64,000 nucleotides of DNA from Octopus sinensis. Lineage: Eukaryota. The DNA is taken from contig NC_042997.1 in assembly GCF_006345805.1 (NCBI RefSeq), positions 91,264,001 through 91,328,000 of the forward strand, read 5' to 3'. Below, one piece after another: positions 61,561 to 64,000 of this stretch. How positions within the stretch are numbered: position 1 is the stretch's first letter; the number at the start of each line of letters is the position of its first letter. A program made the translations under genes and the position numbers. The notes below the pieces were generated by a model. It did not search any database and was not told the DNA's origin. It saw only the letters and a list, made by a program, of their open reading frames with translations.

Positions 61561-62270
61561 GGTACTACTAGCGAACAGTGGTCCCGGTGCGCTAGCTAGT
61601 CGTAAGTAGTCGATCCTACAACGACTTGCGCGTATGTTTGTATTTCAAGGCTGAATACATATCAAAGAAAATTAAATAATATTTTTCGAACAAAGTAAAT
61701 AAATTATTTTTATAAGGAGTGGCTGTGTGGTAAGTAGCTTGGGACTGAACCCGGAACCATGTGGTTGGTTAGCAAGCTACTTACCACACAGCCACTCCTT
61801 ATAAAAATAATTTATTTACTTTAAAAAATTATTTACTTTGTTCGAAAAATATTATTTAATTGTCTTTGATATGTATTCAGCCTTGAAATACAAACATACG
61901 CGCAAGTCGTTGTAGGATCGACTACTAGGGGGACAAACACACACACACACACACACACACTGTGTTTGTGTGTCTGTATTTGTCCCCCTAGCATTGCTGG
62001 TGTGTTTACGTCCCAGTCACTTAGCGGTTCGGCAAAAGAGGCCGATAGAATAAGTACTGGGTTACAAAGAATAAGTCCCGGGGTCGATTTGCTCGACTAA
62101 AGGTGGTGCTCCAGCATGGCCGCAGTCAAATGACTGAAACAAGTAAAAGAGTAAAGAGTAAACTAGGGTTAGGGTTTAGAATTCAGGGTTAAAAAGTCGT
62201 TGTAGGATCGACTACTTACGACTAGCTAGCGCGAGTGCGCGCACCGGGATTACTGTTCGCTAGTAGTACC
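61561..62270. mobile_element. Mutator-like MITE (about 65-bp TIRs, 9-bp TSD) containing a rearranged SINE
   Basis: GGTACTACTAGCGAACAGT..ACTGTTCGCTAGTAGTACC; TSD GAATTATCC at 61552-61560 and 62271-62279. Confidence 0.9.
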
Positions 62271-63149
62271 GAATTATCCGTAAATTTTTAATTTTTCTAG
62301 TGAGGAAAAAACCCCAGTATAAAGGATAAACTTTAATAGGCCTAAGCTAATTCCCACAATCCTTATGGTCCTTAGTTTTAATTTTGTTGGGCATTTACAA
62401 AACTTGAATCATAGAGTTGGTAAGCTTAATTCATTAAAGTTGATTTTGATTTAGATTTAAGGAGATTATTTCGAAATTTGTACATATTATATGGCGGACA
62501 AAAGGGTAACTGCAGTAATTGAAAGTGAAAGGAAGGTATTGTCATTGTGTGTATAAATGTTCGTGTTCTGTACCATTTCGTACACCCCACCACGTATCTT
62601 CTAACGTAAAAACGTTCAGTTTGATCATTTCCGAAAAGAAAAAAAATAATAAAGAACCGCATCTTTCGACTAGTCCTGTTGTTGACGATTTTTGCCGATT
62701 GTTAACGGTTACTTTCCTTCCACTTCAATCGGTGCAGTTTGTTTCCCTTTGTTAGCCATATTATATGAACTAAGTTCGAAAGATCGCCATTATAATCACT
62801 CCAACTACGCATGTTGGTGTTAGTTTCGTGGTGATTGCTCAAAACAGTATATAATATAGGATGTGTTGCATACAGGATATTGCCATTTTGGCTAATACTG
62901 TTTAGTTCAGTGAAAAGTAAAAACTATGGCTAAGTCAGCCTCTAATTTGGTTATAATATACTTTCAAATATTAGCTTCATAAGTGTGATTATGAAATATC
63001 TATAAATAATTGTTGTCCAAGGCAAGATCAATCAATTGATAGTTGGTTACTTTGCATCTCTAGTATCTGTATTGACCTTTATAGAATGAGGTCACCAGAT
63101 TTCTCCTCTAGTGCAAATTTTGTGGGTGCCATGTAAACACATACATGCC

Positions 63150-63325
63150 AGCGTTGTGTAAAAGCACCCAGTACACTCTGTAAAGTGGTTGGCATTAGGT
63201 AAGGCATCTAACCATAAAACCATGCCAAAACAGAACTTGGAATCTGGGTAGCTCTTAAACTGGCCAGCTCCTGTCAAGCTGTCCAACCCATGCTAGCATG
63301 GAAAACAGATGTTAAATGATGATGC
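63150..63325 (+). mobile_element. RTE-type 3' end fragment, decayed
   Basis: gtggttggcattaggtaaggcatc..ccaacccatgctagcatggaaaacagatgttaaatgatgatg. Confidence 0.7.
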
Positions 63326-63598
63326 TCTCTCTCTCACACATATATATTAATGATAGCTTAGTAAAATTTCCATTTACAGCTTAACTCAATACATGCAATA
63401 GGAGACACTTGTCCAAAGTTACTGCACTGCAGGACAGTCTAAAATTTTCTATGGCCTGATGTCAACCCTTGCCTGTTTCTAAGGTAATATTTCCCACAAC
63501 CAGATATGTTTTCATGGAAGATTGGAAATGGACACTGCTTGTATGGTGATATCACTTGCAACTATCATGTGATGTCAAACCAAGGAGGCAGTATTGTG

Positions 63599-63648
<50 letters not shown>

Positions 63649-64000
63649 TATTAAAGTACCTCAAGTTTCTGTCTTCCAAAATCCATTTGTCTGGGTTTGC
63701 CCAAAATTTCATGCAGTTGAACTGAATCTGTTGGGAAGCAAATTTCTTCAGTAATGGCTCTGGTGAAGGGTGGGATCTGCATATGTAAGACTGGCCAAGA
63801 AACACCATGGCAAAGTAGTGTCTTGATTGCTCCATCAATAGTTAAGGGTACAAAGGTGTGTATAGAATGTTTGCAACAGAGCAGACTGCTCTCTAGTGCA
63901 GTCTTGGCATCCAAGGGCCAAGTTCTGATGTTGACCAAGCAATAGATTGACTACTATTTGAACAGAAATTATATATCAGCCATTAATACCATAGGGTGAG

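Noticed and set aside
59221-64000. Second cofilin exon
   Set aside because: No AG|G acceptor followed by a cofilin C-terminal frame (W-x-P-D..K-M-L-Y) was found by eye; it presumably lies beyond the window.

Overview
AT-rich, microsatellite-dense eukaryotic DNA. The SINE, RTE and Penelope-type repeat families look like those of an octopus or other coleoid cephalopod (inferred from memory, no database search). Only one host coding segment is supported: the first coding exon of a divergent ADF/cofilin-family gene (58928-59220, +, TATA box upstream, GT donor); its next exon was not found in the window. The rest is mostly mobile DNA. Retroelements: a CsRn1-clade Ty3/Gypsy element (42684-47231) with paired 422-bp LTRs, AGGG target-site duplication (TSD), tRNA-Trp primer site and a -1 frameshift signal; a young RTE LINE (31128-35178, -) with a PHD finger inside its reverse transcriptase (RT) and a five-fold amplified 3'UTR; an older RTE copy; a Neptune-like Penelope element (14867-19020, -); a Tx1/L1-clade LINE; CR1-group fragments; and a decayed Gypsy. 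DNA elements: a three-unit head-to-tail Helitron array (39737-48792) that hosts the CsRn1 element, small Helitrons, pogo/Tigger and DD37D maT remnants, and MITEs. Many tRNA-derived SINEs are also present. The most interesting signals are the precise CTAG|TC Helitron junctions, the PHD-in-RT, minimal hammerhead-ribozyme folds in short (TA)n-embedded repeats, three SINE/LINE 3'-tail matches, and repeated fold-back rearrangements. Most short ORFs in the supplied track are microsatellite or antisense artefacts. Coordinates were read by eye and the ends of decayed repeats are approximate.
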